Both the position numbers and the translations under genes were made by a program. From positions 1 through 35,943 of IMG/VR virus record IMGVR_UViG_3300032219_000995: DNA of 35,943 nucleotides, one strand, 5' to 3'. Positions within the stretch are counted from its first letter, which is position 1; each line of letters opens with the position of its first letter. The notes beneath the pieces were generated by a model. That model was not told the origin of the DNA, did not search any database, and saw only the letters and a program-made list of their open reading frames with translations. This DNA comes from a virus (lineage: Duplodnaviria; Caudoviricetes). Below, piece by piece: positions 1-9,602 of the stretch.

Positions 1-1
1 A

Positions 2-187
2 CTTGTTTCATTTTCATTCAATCTGGGGCTAGGCTGTTTACAGCGAAGTTCTGTGAGAATGAAAACCAATAGAGATGATAAAGAGGGTGCTGTATCATCT
101 TTGATGAAATATTGCAAAGCCGGTGGTAAAGTATTGCCGGGATTAGTAAAAAGGCGAAAAGATGAAGCGGCGCTTTATCAGTCTTAA
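2..187 (+). CDS. Lysozyme/endolysin (GH24), 3' partial
   Basis: Frame 2 translates to LVSFSFNLGLG...KYCKAGGKVLPGLVKRRKDEAALY*. The 'SFsFNlG' and 'GGKVLPGLVRRR..E' motifs are typical of the GH24 C-terminus. Not in the ORF track because it is truncated by the window edge. Confidence 0.9.
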   Translation, partial: LVSFSFNLGLGCLQRSSVRMKTNRDDKEGAVSSLMKYCKAGGKVLPGLVKRRKDEAALYQS

Positions 188-203
188 ATAAAAGGTATTC
201 AAG

Positions 204-839
204 ATGACGACTGCGGCTGTGCAAACGTACGATTCTTTGGTCGCTGACATCTCGTCATACCTTGAGCGTACTGACGCCGCAACGCTCCAAAAGATTCCGA
301 CCTTTATCATGCTGGCCGAGCAGGTCATTGCCAGCCAAATTAAGTTCCTTGGAAACTTGACTGTTCAGCAGAGCAATATGGTTGCCACCCAGTCGGTGGT
401 TAATAAACCTGCTCGCTGGCACAAGACCGTGTCAATGAATATTACGGTCAATGGAACTCGACAGCCAGTCCTGCTGCGCAAGTATGAATACTTGAGAGAG
501 TATTGGCCTGACGCTACGAATACTGGCGTTCCTGAGTTCTATTCAGATTACGACTATACCCACTGGCTGGTTGCTCCGACCCCGGATGAAGACTATGCCT
601 TTGAGGTTTTGTACTACGAACGCATTCAACCGTTGGATTCTTCTAATCAGACCAACTGGTTCACCATCTACGCTCCGCAGGCTCTTCTATACGGCTCGCT
701 GCTTCAAGCCATGCCATTCCTGAAAAATGATGAGCGTATGCCGATGTGGCAACAGCAATACGACCTAATTATCCAGACGTTGAAGGCTGAAGATGTCCAA
801 CGTACTGGCGACCGCCAAGCCATTGCCGTGGATACCTAA
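204..839 (+). CDS. Head-tail adaptor / tail tubular protein A-like
   Basis: 211 aa. N-terminal 'TYDSLVADISSYLER..IPTFIMLAE', then 'G.PEFY', 'VAPTPD..Y', 'NWF...APQALLYGSL'. Lies upstream of the nozzle-like gene. Confidence 0.65.
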   Translation: MTTAAVQTYDSLVADISSYLERTDAATLQKIPTFIMLAEQVIASQIKFLGNLTVQQSNMVATQSVVNKPARWHKTVSMNITVNGTRQPVLLRKYEYLREYWPDATNTGVPEFYSDYDYTHWLVAPTPDEDYAFEVLYYERIQPLDSSNQTNWFTIYAPQALLYGSLLQAMPFLKNDERMPMWQQQYDLIIQTLKAEDVQRTGDRQAIAVDT

Positions 840-841
840 TC

Positions 842-2083
842 ATGAGCTATAACTCGCCCTTCACCGGAACCGTGGTGCAGCCGACGGACGTTTCTTACCG
901 TTCTGTTACGCTGTCTGCCAATACTCAACTTCAGTGGCCTATCAATGGTAACGCGACGGATGATTACGCCGCCCGGATTATGCAGGTCACGGCAACGGCA
1001 CCCGGCTTGGAATTGCGTATGCCTCCAGCCAACCAAACGTCGGTTGGTAACGACGCACTGATTCGCAACGTCGGGGCTAATTCCTTTACTGTTAAGGACT
1101 ATGCAGGAACAAACACAATCATCACGATTGCCGCTGGTGAGGCGAAATACATCTACATCACGGCGAATCCGACGGAACAAGGCACTTGGGGCATCATTGC
1201 CTTCGGCACGGGGTCATCGAGCGCTGATGCGGCAACTCTGGCGGGATATGGTCTTCTGGCTGTTACGACAACGCTGAATCAGTCTCACCCAGTTACTACG
1301 TTCGGTTCTAGCGCTACAGCAGACTCCACTTATCGCGCCCAGGCTTACGTTTGGACGGGCGGGGCTGGGACTCTTACGCTTGATAGCGCCTCTACCCTTG
1401 GCAACAACTGGTTTGTCATGGTACGTAACGGTGGTACTGGCGCGCTGACTGTTGCAACCACTGGCGGTCAGTCTATTAACGGGTCTGGAACCGTCACGAT
1501 GCAGCCGAACGATTCGGCCATCATCGTGTGTAGTGGGACTGCTTTCTATACGGTTGGTTTGGGTAAATCGACTCAGTTCAACTTTACCCAGCTTACCAAA
1601 GCCGTCACCAATGGCTCTTATACCCTGACTGCGGTTGAGGCATCCAACGTCATCCAAAAGTACACTGGAACTCTTACCGGTAACGTGACCATTGTCGTTC
1701 CTCAGACGGTTCAGGTTTACTACGTCGTCAACAATACTATTGGTGGTGTTGGTAACTATACGGTAACCCTAACAACCGGCATTGGTAACGTCGCAACCAT
1801 TACTGCTGGCAATCAAGCGACCTTGATTTGCGATTCGGTTAACTTGTTGAATGCAAACACGGTTCTTGCTGGCGCCTCTAACATTAGCCTGAACAATGGC
1901 AGTGTTGGCGCTCCTTCATTGAACTTTTCTAGCGAAACCACGACTGGTATTTATCGTGCTGCCGCTGGTGAGTTTGACATTGCAATCCTTGGGACAAACA
2001 GGCTTGCTTTGACTGCTACTGGATTGGCTATCAATGGCACGGGCAACTTTACCGGCGGCATTTCTGGCGGAACCTTCTCATGA
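842..2083 (+). CDS. Tail fibre/spike-like virion structural protein
   Basis: 413 aa, rich in T/G/N/S with repeated beta-strand modules. C-terminal 'GSVGAPSLNFSSETTTGIY' is typical of phage tail appendages. Confidence 0.6.
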   Translation: MSYNSPFTGTVVQPTDVSYRSVTLSANTQLQWPINGNATDDYAARIMQVTATAPGLELRMPPANQTSVGNDALIRNVGANSFTVKDYAGTNTIITIAAGEAKYIYITANPTEQGTWGIIAFGTGSSSADAATLAGYGLLAVTTTLNQSHPVTTFGSSATADSTYRAQAYVWTGGAGTLTLDSASTLGNNWFVMVRNGGTGALTVATTGGQSINGSGTVTMQPNDSAIIVCSGTAFYTVGLGKSTQFNFTQLTKAVTNGSYTLTAVEASNVIQKYTGTLTGNVTIVVPQTVQVYYVVNNTIGGVGNYTVTLTTGIGNVATITAGNQATLICDSVNLLNANTVLAGASNISLNNGSVGAPSLNFSSETTTGIYRAAAGEFDIAILGTNRLALTATGLAINGTGNFTGGISGGTFS

Positions 2084-4167
2084 CAAAGAAGGTCTTTTCG
2101 CTTGATACCCAACCCGGCATTCAGCGGGACGGTACCGAGTTTGATAAGAACTATCACACTGACGGAAAGTGGGTGAGGTTTCAGCGTGGCCGCCCGCGGA
2201 AGATTGGCGGTTATCGCGCTATTACAACATCTGCTGATGGTATCTCAAGGGGTCTTTTTGTTAACTCAGAAGACGGCCTAAATACTATTTACAACGGTTA
2301 CGATGCCGGCCTTGAGGTTCTCAACATTGACAACAACGGTGTTGGTGCCGGGGTCAATGAAGTTCAGTTCGGTGGAAACATTCTGACCCTAAACACGCTT
2401 GTTGGCGGGTCTCTGTATACCAATGGCACCTATACAAATGTTTCTCTTACTGGTGGCTCTGGAAATGGCGCAAAGGCCACTGTTGTCGTTTCTGGTGGAG
2501 CTGTTACTTCTGTCACCATTACGGCTGGTGGTAATTACTATCTGACCGGAGACACATTGAGCGCGGATGCTGCAAGCATTGGCGGCACTGGTTCTGGGTT
2601 CTCAATTAAGGTTGCGACCGTAAACAATGGTTTTACGTCTAGCAATCTTAACCTCTGGCAGTTTGATGCTGAATACGATGTAACCGGTGGAACTACGTTG
2701 ATTCTTGCCCACCCAGGGCAGAACCTAGCGCAAATTGACGCGACCACAGATACGCCTGTTCTAGCGACTCCGGTTAACAGCCTGATTTCTACCCCGCTTC
2801 GAGACATCAACGGGCCGTCCCCAACGGGAAATACAGTAGAGGTCTCTGGTGGTGTGTGCGTTCTCCACCCGTATGTGTTTGTGTACGGTAACAACGGGCT
2901 AATCAAGAATTCTGCCGGCGGAGACCCGTTTGACTGGAACTCTGCAGACGCCAACGAAGTGAACGTAGCGTCGACAAAGATTGTTAAGGGTCTACCAGTT
3001 CGTGGTGGCTCTAACTCGCCGTCAGGTCTTTTCTGGGCGCTGGACTCTTTGATTCGCGTATCTCTAGCGCCCCAAAGTCTTGGCGTTGCTGGAACCCCTA
3101 ATTTCGCGCCGACCAACTATTGGCGGTACGACATCATCTCAACCCAAACATCAATCCTGTCTTCTCAGTCTGTTATTGAGTACGACGGAATTTATTACTG
3201 GTGCGGTGTTGATAGATTCCTGTTATATAACGGTGTTGTTAAAGAGATTCCGAATCAGTTCAACCAAAACTTCTTTTTTGACAACCTGAACTACGAACAG
3301 CGCCAAAAAGTCTGGGCGACCAAAGTTCCTCGATACGGTGAGATTTGGTGGTTCTATCCTTCTGGTACGTCTGAAGAATGTAACAACGCCATCATCTACA
3401 ACATCCGCGAAGGTTGTTGGTATGACGCTGGGTTCTCCGATGGTGCTGCGCGTTCGGCCGGATACTTCTCGCAGGTGTTCCGCTTCCCGATTAACGCCGG
3501 CGTAGACCTTTCTACCCAAGAAGTCATCTTTAGTTCCTCTATTACTACTGTAAACACCAGCAGTGACATTGAAATGGCCGCGACAAACCAAATTGGGTAC
3601 GGCCAACTTGTCGTTGCGGCAGGTATCCCTTCTGGAGCCTATGTGGTGGCCATAGCGCCATCCGCGACCCCGGGTAATATCACGGTGACACTTAGCGCCG
3701 CTGCGACCGCCTCAGCGACTGTGGTGGCCTCGTTCCAAACGATGCCCGATAAAATTACGCTGTGGCAGCATGAAATTGGAACCGACCGAGTTGTTAATCA
3801 GTCTTTCAATGCTATTCAGAGTTATTTTGTAACTTCTGACCTTGGCTGGATTTCTGGTGGCCCCTATCAATCGCCGGCCCCGACTCAGGGTGGTATCGGG
3901 GATAACTACTGGCTACACATTGAGCGGATTGAGCCAGACTTTATTATGTCCGGTGAAATGACCTGTCAGGTTATTGGTCGACCGTATGCTCAATCTGCAT
4001 CAAAAATTTCTGACCCGTATTATTTTGATGACAATACGGGAAAAATTGACATGCGAGAGCAGCGTCGAGAATTGCGATTGAGGTTTGAAAGTAATGTTGT
4101 TGGCGGTGATTACCAAATGGGTAAAGTACTGCTTAATGCTAACATTGGTGACGTGCGGGGTTATTAA
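2080..4167 (+). CDS. Tail nozzle / packaged-DNA stabilisation protein (P22 gp10 / T7 gp12 class)
   Basis: 695 aa. 'PGIQRDGT...WVRFQRGRPRKIGG' N-terminus, beta-propeller-like aromatic repeats ('EIWWFYP', 'IYNIREGCWY') and 'LRLRFES' C-terminus. ATGA overlap with the previous gene. Confidence 0.65.
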   Translation: MTKKVFSLDTQPGIQRDGTEFDKNYHTDGKWVRFQRGRPRKIGGYRAITTSADGISRGLFVNSEDGLNTIYNGYDAGLEVLNIDNNGVGAGVNEVQFGGNILTLNTLVGGSLYTNGTYTNVSLTGGSGNGAKATVVVSGGAVTSVTITAGGNYYLTGDTLSADAASIGGTGSGFSIKVATVNNGFTSSNLNLWQFDAEYDVTGGTTLILAHPGQNLAQIDATTDTPVLATPVNSLISTPLRDINGPSPTGNTVEVSGGVCVLHPYVFVYGNNGLIKNSAGGDPFDWNSADANEVNVASTKIVKGLPVRGGSNSPSGLFWALDSLIRVSLAPQSLGVAGTPNFAPTNYWRYDIISTQTSILSSQSVIEYDGIYYWCGVDRFLLYNGVVKEIPNQFNQNFFFDNLNYEQRQKVWATKVPRYGEIWWFYPSGTSEECNNAIIYNIREGCWYDAGFSDGAARSAGYFSQVFRFPINAGVDLSTQEVIFSSSITTVNTSSDIEMAATNQIGYGQLVVAAGIPSGAYVVAIAPSATPGNITVTLSAAATASATVVASFQTMPDKITLWQHEIGTDRVVNQSFNAIQSYFVTSDLGWISGGPYQSPAPTQGGIGDNYWLHIERIEPDFIMSGEMTCQVIGRPYAQSASKISDPYYFDDNTGKIDMREQRRELRLRFESNVVGGDYQMGKVLLNANIGDVRGY

Positions 4168-4168
4168 T

Positions 4169-4417
4169 ATGACCGTTCCTGCATTGGTTTATGACCCCAG
4201 ATATCACACGTTTGACTCGTGGGCTTCTCTGATGGTTGAACTCTATTCTGCTCAACAATTAGAAATTCCCTCTGGTGAAGAGAATTGGAAGGCTTGGGCG
4301 TCTGGGTTGAAGGCTATTGAAAGTTTTAACAATGAAGCCGTCCCCGGCCCTTATGTATATAACGACTGGCATGACTGGGCATCTGCGGTTTTGAATGCCG
4401 TGAATCCAAGGAATTAA
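4169..4417 (+). CDS. Small Trp-rich hypothetical virion protein
   Basis: ATG at 4169, 1 nt after the nozzle stop. 82 aa, MTVPALVYDPRYHTFDSWASL...WHDWASAVLNAV. Confidence 0.7.
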   Translation: MTVPALVYDPRYHTFDSWASLMVELYSAQQLEIPSGEENWKAWASGLKAIESFNNEAVPGPYVYNDWHDWASAVLNAVNPRN

Positions 4418-4418
4418 C

Positions 4419-7352
4419 ATGGGAATTTTTGACCGCTACATTTCGGACGCCCGAGGATACTACACGGCACCATTTGGAATGGGCTACGTTGCCGCCCCTC
4501 CTGCGCCATATGTGCCTGTTTCAGCACCAACTCCTGCCCAAATACCTTATCCAACTCCAGAAATACCCTATTTGGTTCCGGAAAACATAAACATCATTAA
4601 CGCGCCACCCCCTGCGCCGTTTGGTGGGCTGTCTGTTACGCAGGCGCCAGGTTCCGGATTGGATTTGCTTAAAGATTTATTGCCACTTCCATCACAAAGG
4701 ATGGGAACGCCTTTTGATGCGCCTGATGGCGGTGTAATTACTGAAGAAAATTTTCCTATTTACGGTCAACCTTCGTCATCGGCAATTCCCAATGATGCCG
4801 GCATGCCTGCTCCGTTCATGCCTATTACTTCAATAGATGATGCTTTTTATGGCCCGTCTTGGGCAAATCCAAACATTGCCAACGCACCATCTCCAACACA
4901 GTTTGGTGGGCTATCTGTTACGCAGACGGCTCCCGCCGCCACGCTTCCAGTTTTGACGCAAGACGCAACGCCGATTGCTCCCTCCGGTGGATTGTCCGCC
5001 GCTGCGCCCGTCACTCCAGCGTCTGCTTATGGTCCCTATGTTCCGGGAGCAACTGCGCCCGCATATGACGCAAGCGCACCGTCAATTAACGTATCTAATT
5101 ACGTTGCTCCGCCGACTGGTCTTGATAGATACGCCACGCCGGGTTCACCATCAAACATCAACCTTCCAGAAGCAACTACCACCGTTTCTGGCGCGCAAAT
5201 CTTTGGCCCTTCTGCGACCGTGGTGGGTGACACCATGTACACGTCAGACGGGAGGGTTATCAACAATCCCATTGTTTCTGACTACCAACAGTATGGCCTG
5301 ACCGCACCTAAGGGAACGCCTACTGTATCGTCTAAAGCTACCGCTTCTATATTTGGCCAGCCAACCACTGGGGCTAGAAGTGAAAGTCTGTATACGGGAG
5401 CTGCGGCTCCTGTGGGAACCGACCCGTTCAGTCAGCTTTATGGACAACAAAACACCAATCCATATGCGGCATTCAATGCTGGACAAGACATCACTCAGCC
5501 CTATGTAACTGCATCTGGTGACCTGATTCTTCCGGGCGGCCGAATCGTTCGTGACCCAACTATTGCTGATTATGAGCAATACGGAATTACTGTTAACAAA
5601 GAATTGGGCAAAGGCTCTTTTACAAAAGAAGAGCAGGGCGTCTACAACCAGATTATTAAAACGGGTAATAGCGCCGCTGACATTTTGTATCAGTCTGCTC
5701 TTGCAAACGGTATTGATAAGAAGACTGCCAATGAAATGGCAGATTCTGTTCGCAATGATTACAAACAGCAAGCTACTGACTATCGTGGCTCCGCTTACCT
5801 TCCGGGTGTTAGCCAATACCAAGACTTCTACACTAAAACTGCAGAAGAGTTTTTGGGCGACATTCCAGAAGAGCAAAAGTCATTCCGCCCAACTGCAGAG
5901 CAACTTTTTAACTCTCTGAGTCCTGAAAAAAAAGCAAATCAATCTGTTGCAAGTATGCAAACATGGTTAAACAATAACCCTGACTACAAGGTTCAGTTTA
6001 CCCCTCAGATGATTCAAGAGATGGCAAACAATGGGGCAATTAACCTTGGCACCAAACTTGTCGGGGTTAACTATGACTCTCTTGCTAAAGACGACCCAGT
6101 TCATCTAAAAGCTATCAATGAAGCTACGAACAAGTTCAACCTTGGTCTCAATCTCATAAACGATTGGGGTCTATTCCAAGGCTCTAAAAACGGCAAGACT
6201 GCAACTGGCGTCTCTGTGCAGATGGCATCGGCTATTGCACAAGGTATGGCTGATGGAATTGTTGCCCCCGAAGACATCAAGGCCATGATGCCCAACCTTA
6301 GTAGTAAGGGTGTTAAAGAATGGACTGAGTTTGCCAACGACATGGCAAAACTTCGCGGTGACAAAGACATCACGACCGCAGACCTGCGAGAAATTGCCAA
6401 GGGCGGCTCTGCGCCCAAGTTGGCGCCCGGAACAGATGACACCTACATTGTCACCACAAGCGGTGGGAAGAAGGGTGGTCAGTACGTCATTCTCAAGAAG
6501 ACCGGCGAAGACAGTTACCGCATTGCTGGTGGTACGTCTTCATTCACTCCGACTGGCGGAAATTTCTGGAGCAAGTACTTTCCAGTGATTGCCGGTATTG
6601 GTCTAGCCCTTATTCCGGGTATGCAGGGCTTTGCAACTCAAGTTGGCACTGCCTTGGGCGCCGGTACAGCATATGCCCCGGTTGTTGGTGGAGCAGTTCT
6701 TGGCGCTGGTAAAAGCGCTTTGTTTGGTGGCGACCCATTGATGGGGGCATTGACTGGTGGCGCTGGTGCTGCAGCAAGTAGTTTGGTTAATAGTGCTTTG
6801 TCTCCAAATGCTTGGCACGCACCAATGGTTGCCCCAAGTGCACTTTCTCTTACAAATCCACAAGTAATTGGCGGTCTCTCACAAACAGCCGGTAATGTTG
6901 CATCTAACCTTGTTGCCGGGAATCCAATTATTCCAAGTTTGGCAAGTGGATTGATAAACACTGGCGTTAACGCATCATTCCCGGCCATATCAACTTCAAT
7001 TCAAAGCGCGCTTCCGGCCGGAACTCCTAACATTCTTGGTAAATCCATTACTGGTGGTTTGATTGGTTCTGGCGTTGGGGCATTGACCGGTATGGACCCA
7101 TTAGCAAGTGGCGCTATGGGGGCTGTTAGTCCTCTGATAAACTATGGTGTACAACAAACTGGCTTAACCGGAGTTCCGGCAAATATGTTTGGCGGCGCAC
7201 TAGCTGGCGCAACTAGATTGGCCTTGCAAAATCAAGACCCAACTTTTGGAGCTGCCGCTGGAGCCTTGGCGCCAATTGTAAGTTACGGATTTGATGCGTT
7301 GGGTCGATACATTGGACTTGACCAACTTGGCCGTCCTGTAAACCGGACCTAA
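4419..7352 (+). CDS. Large putative internal virion/ejection protein
   Basis: 977 aa. Pro/Ala-rich N-terminus with internal repeats and a long Gly/Ala glycine-zipper-like hydrophobic C-terminus. AAGGA RBS. Positioned after the nozzle. Confidence 0.6.
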   Translation: MGIFDRYISDARGYYTAPFGMGYVAAPPAPYVPVSAPTPAQIPYPTPEIPYLVPENINIINAPPPAPFGGLSVTQAPGSGLDLLKDLLPLPSQRMGTPFDAPDGGVITEENFPIYGQPSSSAIPNDAGMPAPFMPITSIDDAFYGPSWANPNIANAPSPTQFGGLSVTQTAPAATLPVLTQDATPIAPSGGLSAAAPVTPASAYGPYVPGATAPAYDASAPSINVSNYVAPPTGLDRYATPGSPSNINLPEATTTVSGAQIFGPSATVVGDTMYTSDGRVINNPIVSDYQQYGLTAPKGTPTVSSKATASIFGQPTTGARSESLYTGAAAPVGTDPFSQLYGQQNTNPYAAFNAGQDITQPYVTASGDLILPGGRIVRDPTIADYEQYGITVNKELGKGSFTKEEQGVYNQIIKTGNSAADILYQSALANGIDKKTANEMADSVRNDYKQQATDYRGSAYLPGVSQYQDFYTKTAEEFLGDIPEEQKSFRPTAEQLFNSLSPEKKANQSVASMQTWLNNNPDYKVQFTPQMIQEMANNGAINLGTKLVGVNYDSLAKDDPVHLKAINEATNKFNLGLNLINDWGLFQGSKNGKTATGVSVQMASAIAQGMADGIVAPEDIKAMMPNLSSKGVKEWTEFANDMAKLRGDKDITTADLREIAKGGSAPKLAPGTDDTYIVTTSGGKKGGQYVILKKTGEDSYRIAGGTSSFTPTGGNFWSKYFPVIAGIGLALIPGMQGFATQVGTALGAGTAYAPVVGGAVLGAGKSALFGGDPLMGALTGGAGAAASSLVNSALSPNAWHAPMVAPSALSLTNPQVIGGLSQTAGNVASNLVAGNPIIPSLASGLINTGVNASFPAISTSIQSALPAGTPNILGKSITGGLIGSGVGALTGMDPLASGAMGAVSPLINYGVQQTGLTGVPANMFGGALAGATRLALQNQDPTFGAAAGALAPIVSYGFDALGRYIGLDQLGRPVNRT

Positions 7353-7362
7353 AGGAAGAAAG

Positions 7363-8598
7363 ATGGGCGATATTAACTGGGAAGGTTTAATGGACGAAAT
7401 TGGAAGCGACATTCCGCTTTCAATTGCAATTGAGCATGGGGGCTCATCTCCATTTAGTGACATTAACTGGGAAGGTTTGTCTGACGCGGTTGGAAGTTAC
7501 ATTCCCTTTCAAGACGTTTTTAATTTAAGTGATTATTTAGGCGACGATTGGCTCAAAGACATTGATTTGGGCACAAAGGGACTTGACCTCTCGCCGGCTG
7601 CAGAAAAAATTCTGTTTGAAAATTTGCCATATATTTCGGACAATTTTTATGGCGATGATGTTGTTATTCCGGGCCAATTGGGTGGCTTTAATCCCGACGC
7701 CCCGCCGATTGGATTTAACCTCGGTCAAGACCCTGGTGTTTGGCTTGATTACTATGGTTACGGCGCTGGCGACTTTATGCCTGATTACTTTAAAGATAAA
7801 GAGCCTGTTGGTGGCGCTCATACAACCGTAGATGCTGTATTGGGGCCATCGGGTCGTCCGCAAATCAATACAACCCCCGGCGGTGGTAGCACAAAATATA
7901 CAGAAGGTCCCGTTAAAGGCCTTCCGGGAAGCCCAAGTGGAACAAGCGTTCGAGAGCCAAGCACAACTAACACAAGCACCACAACTACTGGAACCAAAAC
8001 CACAGGAACCACAGGAACTACTACAGGAAAAGGCTTGAGCCTCGGTGGAGTTCTTGGCGGTCTTGCGGCTGCTGGTCTGTTGGGTAAGGTGTTGGGGCTG
8101 TTTGACAGTAGTGGTTCTGGTGATAAGTACACCGGAATCACAATGCCTAAGCTGTCTGACATTCCTAAACCCGATACCCCGCAGATTGCGCCGGTTCGAG
8201 TAGTTCCCGTTCCTGTTCAGGCTCCCGTCGTGTCGCAAGATATAAAGACCGCTTTGGCTAAAAACTTGGGGTCTACTGAACTTGCGCATGGCGGTCTGGC
8301 TCGCGCAGCGATGCCTTATATGCTTGCCCGCGGAGGCCGTCTAGACTTCCGTCATGGCGCCCCAGTAAGGGGGGAGGGCACTGGTCAATCGGATGATATT
8401 CCTGCGCTTCTCAGCGATGGTGAATTTGTCTTTCCCGCGGATGTAGTTGCTGCGCTTGGAGATGGCTCCAATAAAGCTGGTGCAGATAAATTGTATGAAC
8501 TGATGCACTCTGTTCGAGAAAGAGCAAGGTCAACGGATTCCAAAAGTTTGCCGCCTAAAGCTAAGGCTCCGCTACAATATATGAAAGGGGTAAAGTGA
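7363..8598 (+). CDS. Putative internal virion protein
   Basis: 411 aa. Acidic N-terminus, Thr/Gly linker, hydrophobic 'LGGVLGGLAAAGLLG' segment and C-terminal 'G.GTGQSDDIPALLSDGEFVFPADVV' motif seen in phage virion proteins. Confidence 0.65.
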   Translation: MGDINWEGLMDEIGSDIPLSIAIEHGGSSPFSDINWEGLSDAVGSYIPFQDVFNLSDYLGDDWLKDIDLGTKGLDLSPAAEKILFENLPYISDNFYGDDVVIPGQLGGFNPDAPPIGFNLGQDPGVWLDYYGYGAGDFMPDYFKDKEPVGGAHTTVDAVLGPSGRPQINTTPGGGSTKYTEGPVKGLPGSPSGTSVREPSTTNTSTTTTGTKTTGTTGTTTGKGLSLGGVLGGLAAAGLLGKVLGLFDSSGSGDKYTGITMPKLSDIPKPDTPQIAPVRVVPVPVQAPVVSQDIKTALAKNLGSTELAHGGLARAAMPYMLARGGRLDFRHGAPVRGEGTGQSDDIPALLSDGEFVFPADVVAALGDGSNKAGADKLYELMHSVRERARSTDSKSLPPKAKAPLQYMKGVK

Positions 8599-9587
8599 TG
8601 GACTGGACTCAAGGTGTTGCGCCGCCATCGACAACGATGACGACTGAGAAGACGACCACAGTCCCTCAGTTTTATACCGACTACCTGCAAAACATTGCCA
8701 ACTTTGGTCAACAAGGTGTGACCGGTGGCGGTGTTGCTGGGTTGTCGCCTCTTCAACAGCAGGCATTTGATGTCGCTCCGAATACGGCTTTTGCTGGCTC
8801 CGCTACGACTGGCATGGGTTCGGATTTCCTTCGTACTTCTGGACAAGGCACTGCTCCCTCGATGGTGCAGCAGTATCTGAATCCGTATACCCAGAATGTT
8901 GTTGATGAGATGGCTCGTCTGCAACAGCGGAACATTCAAGAGAGTGTTCTTCCGGGTCTTCGCGCTGCCACTTCTGGTGTTGGTGGATTTGGCAGTCAGC
9001 GTGCCATGCAAGCCACTGGTAACATCATGCGTGACATGCAGGCCGATTTGCTTGGTCGACAAGCCCAAGCCCTTCAGTCTGGATATGGTCAAGCCCTCGG
9101 TGCTGCTCAAACTGATTTGGGCCGCATGCTTCAAGCCGGTCAAGCTGCTGGTCAACTTGGAACCGCACAACAAGGTATTGCACAAGGCGGTCTGAATACT
9201 CTGATGGGTCTTGGCAAAGCACAACAAGCACAAACCCAAGCTGAACTTGACTACCCGATGGCTCAAGCCGCCAAATATGCTGGCCTGTTGGCTCCGTATG
9301 CTGGCGCAATGCCTACTGGAACTACTACTCAAGAAACTGGCGTTCGTCCGGGCGTTTCGTTTGGCCCCAGCCCGCTGGCTACTTTGGGTGGCGTTCTTAC
9401 TGGCCTCGGCGCGTTCATGTATGGTCCGGGTGGTTCCGCTGCTGCCAATCAACAAGCCGGTGTTTCGCAACAGGGATTTATTCCATCGCTTGCTGAAAAA
9501 CTTTTGGGAACAATTAATTACGACAATATTTTTGGCTCTAACGTCAACAATGCGCCAATTATTGAGAAATCTCAACCGGCTGCATAA
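8595..9587 (+). CDS. Putative DNA ejection/pilot protein
   Basis: 330 aa, Gln/Gly/Ala-rich. 'VAGLSPLQQQA', 'YLNPYTQNVV', 'GGFGSQR' and a C-terminal glycine zipper. Confidence 0.6.
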   Translation: MMDWTQGVAPPSTTMTTEKTTTVPQFYTDYLQNIANFGQQGVTGGGVAGLSPLQQQAFDVAPNTAFAGSATTGMGSDFLRTSGQGTAPSMVQQYLNPYTQNVVDEMARLQQRNIQESVLPGLRAATSGVGGFGSQRAMQATGNIMRDMQADLLGRQAQALQSGYGQALGAAQTDLGRMLQAGQAAGQLGTAQQGIAQGGLNTLMGLGKAQQAQTQAELDYPMAQAAKYAGLLAPYAGAMPTGTTTQETGVRPGVSFGPSPLATLGGVLTGLGAFMYGPGGSAAANQQAGVSQQGFIPSLAEKLLGTINYDNIFGSNVNNAPIIEKSQPAA

Positions 9588-9602
9588 TAAAGGTTAAATC
9601 TT

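Noticed and set aside
842-4167. Diversity-generating retroelement or invertible tail cassette
   Set aside because: No reverse transcriptase, invertase or template/variable repeat pair was found.
7537-9575. Long antisense ORFs (7537-8289, 8385-9575, and similar ones opposite portal and capsid)
   Set aside because: They are shadows of biased codon usage in the sense genes and show no recognisable motifs, unlike the HNH frame.
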